DNA from: Candidatus Minimicrobia sp. QA0096
GTDB taxonomy: Bacteria > Patescibacteriota > Saccharimonadia > Saccharimonadales > Saccharimonadaceae
Assembly: GCF_963967315.1 (NCBI RefSeq)
Contig: NZ_OZ017288.1
Span: forward strand, 450,001-482,000
DNA: 32,000 nt
Direction of reading: 5' to 3'
Positions 31,104 through 32,000 of this stretch are shown one piece after another. Under the pieces are notes generated by a model. The model did not search any database and was not told where the DNA came from. It was given only the letters and a program-made list of their open reading frames with translations. Made by a program: the position numbers and the translations under genes. Within the stretch, counting starts at the first letter, position 1. Each line of letters starts with the position of its first letter.

Positions 31104-32000
31104 CGCCCGAACATTAAGGACTAGTACTGGTCGGTACATCGAACGGCTGATTCATTATTTGCAGAAAATTGATAATAAAAACGATTATGTTATTCTGCTC
31201 AAGCCAAAAGACTTTGATGGTTGGCAACCAAGCAATCCAAGATTTCAGAAAGTTATTTGCCCATATAAAGAATACACTTTTGCTGAGCAAATCGGCTTTA
31301 AAAAACAACTTGAAAGTCTTCATCCAAACTTAGTACATTTTGCGATGGTTCAGCAGCCAGTTCTATATAATTCCAGTCCAGTTGTTACTACGATGCAAGA
31401 TTTGACCACTGTCAGGTTTAAGAATCCAGATAAAAATCCTGTCATTTTCTGGATCAAACAGCAAGTTTATAAATGGGTCAATAAAAAAGTTGCGAAAAAA
31501 TCTTCGCACATCATCACAATTTCTAACTTCGTAAAAAATGATTTGATTAAATTCACCGGCGTAAACCCAGAGAAAATTACTGTAACTTTGGAATCTGCGG
31601 ATGAGTTACCAAAAGGAAACGAACCTGTTGACGAGTTAATTGGCAAAAAATTCATTATGTATATCGGTAGACCAACACCACATAAAAACCTTCGACGACT
31701 AATCGACGCATTTGCTTTGTTACAGAAAAAATATCCAGATTTAACACTGGCTTTGGCAGGTAAAAAAGATAGCAATTACGCTCGCCACGAGACATATGTA
31801 AATGAACATGGAATTAAAAATGTTGTGTTTACCGGCTTTATATCAGACGAGCAATTGCGCTGGATGTACGAAAATACGGCAGTTTATTGCTTCCCTTCGC
31901 TCAGTGAAGGATTTGGTTTGCCAGGGTTAGAGGCGATGCTACACGGCGCGCCAGTCGCTTCGAGCACAGCCACTTGCTTGCCAGAAACCCACAGTGATGC
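31087..32000 (+). CDS. Glycosyltransferase family 4, 3' end cut by the window edge
   Basis: Not in the ORF track. Open frame from GTG 31087: VKIVIDARTLRTSTGRYIERL ... FIMYIGRPTPHKNLRRLIDAF ... FPSLSEGFGLPGLEAMLHGAPVASS. 17-nt overlap with the preceding GT4 gene. The minus-strand track ORFs 31114-31323 and 31467-31775 are its antisense shadows. Confidence 0.8.
   Translation, partial: MKIVIDARTLRTSTGRYIERLIHYLQKIDNKNDYVILLKPKDFDGWQPSNPRFQKVICPYKEYTFAEQIGFKKQLESLHPNLVHFAMVQQPVLYNSSPVVTTMQDLTTVRFKNPDKNPVIFWIKQQVYKWVNKKVAKKSSHIITISNFVKNDLIKFTGVNPEKITVTLESADELPKGNEPVDELIGKKFIMYIGRPTPHKNLRRLIDAFALLQKKYPDLTLALAGKKDSNYARHETYVNEHGIKNVVFTGFISDEQLRWMYENTAVYCFPSLSEGFGLPGLEAMLHGAPVASSTATCLPETHSD

Noticed and set aside
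1-32000. CRISPR arrays, rRNA genes, IS elements or integrases, prophage genes
   Set aside because: No regularly spaced direct repeats were seen, and no transposase, integrase or recombinase-like ORFs. The only T-loop/tRNA-like signature is the tRNA-Asn gene.

Overview
This 32-kb segment looks chromosomal. From gene content and style alone (no search was run), it fits a small-genome, Gram-positive-type bacterium of the Patescibacteria/CPR kind, Saccharibacteria-like. Genes are tightly packed, with many 1-4 nt start/stop overlaps, and hand-counted G+C is roughly 40-57% on sampled housekeeping lines.

Gene content, left to right:
- amino-acid ABC transporter (edge-truncated permease plus binding protein)
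- LtaS-family transferase and galE
- a clpB without N-domain, behind a perfect CIRCE operator
- a thiol-disulfide module (single-CxxC membrane protein, anchored DsbA-like protein, anchored thioredoxin-like protein, 46-aa ORF)
- class I lysyl-tRNA synthetase
- transglutaminase-like protein and an ABC-2 exporter pair
- PdaC-like polysaccharide deacetylase and a DUF167 protein
- an nrdD-nrdG-flavoprotein reductase operon with tandem NrdR-type boxes
- an APH/choline-kinase-fold protein
- two tandem GH16 glucanase paralogs, one with internalin-type LRRs, a PQ linker and an LAxTG sortase signal
- NUDIX hydrolase and tRNA-Asn(GTT)
- a LexA-DNA-binding-domain-only regulator
- a surface-glycan operon: Wzy/O-antigen-ligase-like protein, priming phosphoglycosyl transferase and two GT4 enzymes, the last cut by the window edge and absent from the ORF track

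Most unusual region (14.35-17.82 kb, minus strand):
- An AT-rich insert carries a standalone Abi/UG-class reverse transcriptase with catalytic box YRDD and a private C-terminal domain of about 220 aa.
- Directly upstream lies a 592-aa extremely acidic, Cys-studded protein of no recognisable family. It is translationally coupled (ATGA overlap) to the nrdD-nrdG-reductase operon.

Other observations:
- At least eight operon-leading genes place an extended -10 box exactly 6-7 nt before the start codon, which implies leaderless mRNAs.
- No CRISPR array, rRNA, transposase or integrase was seen.
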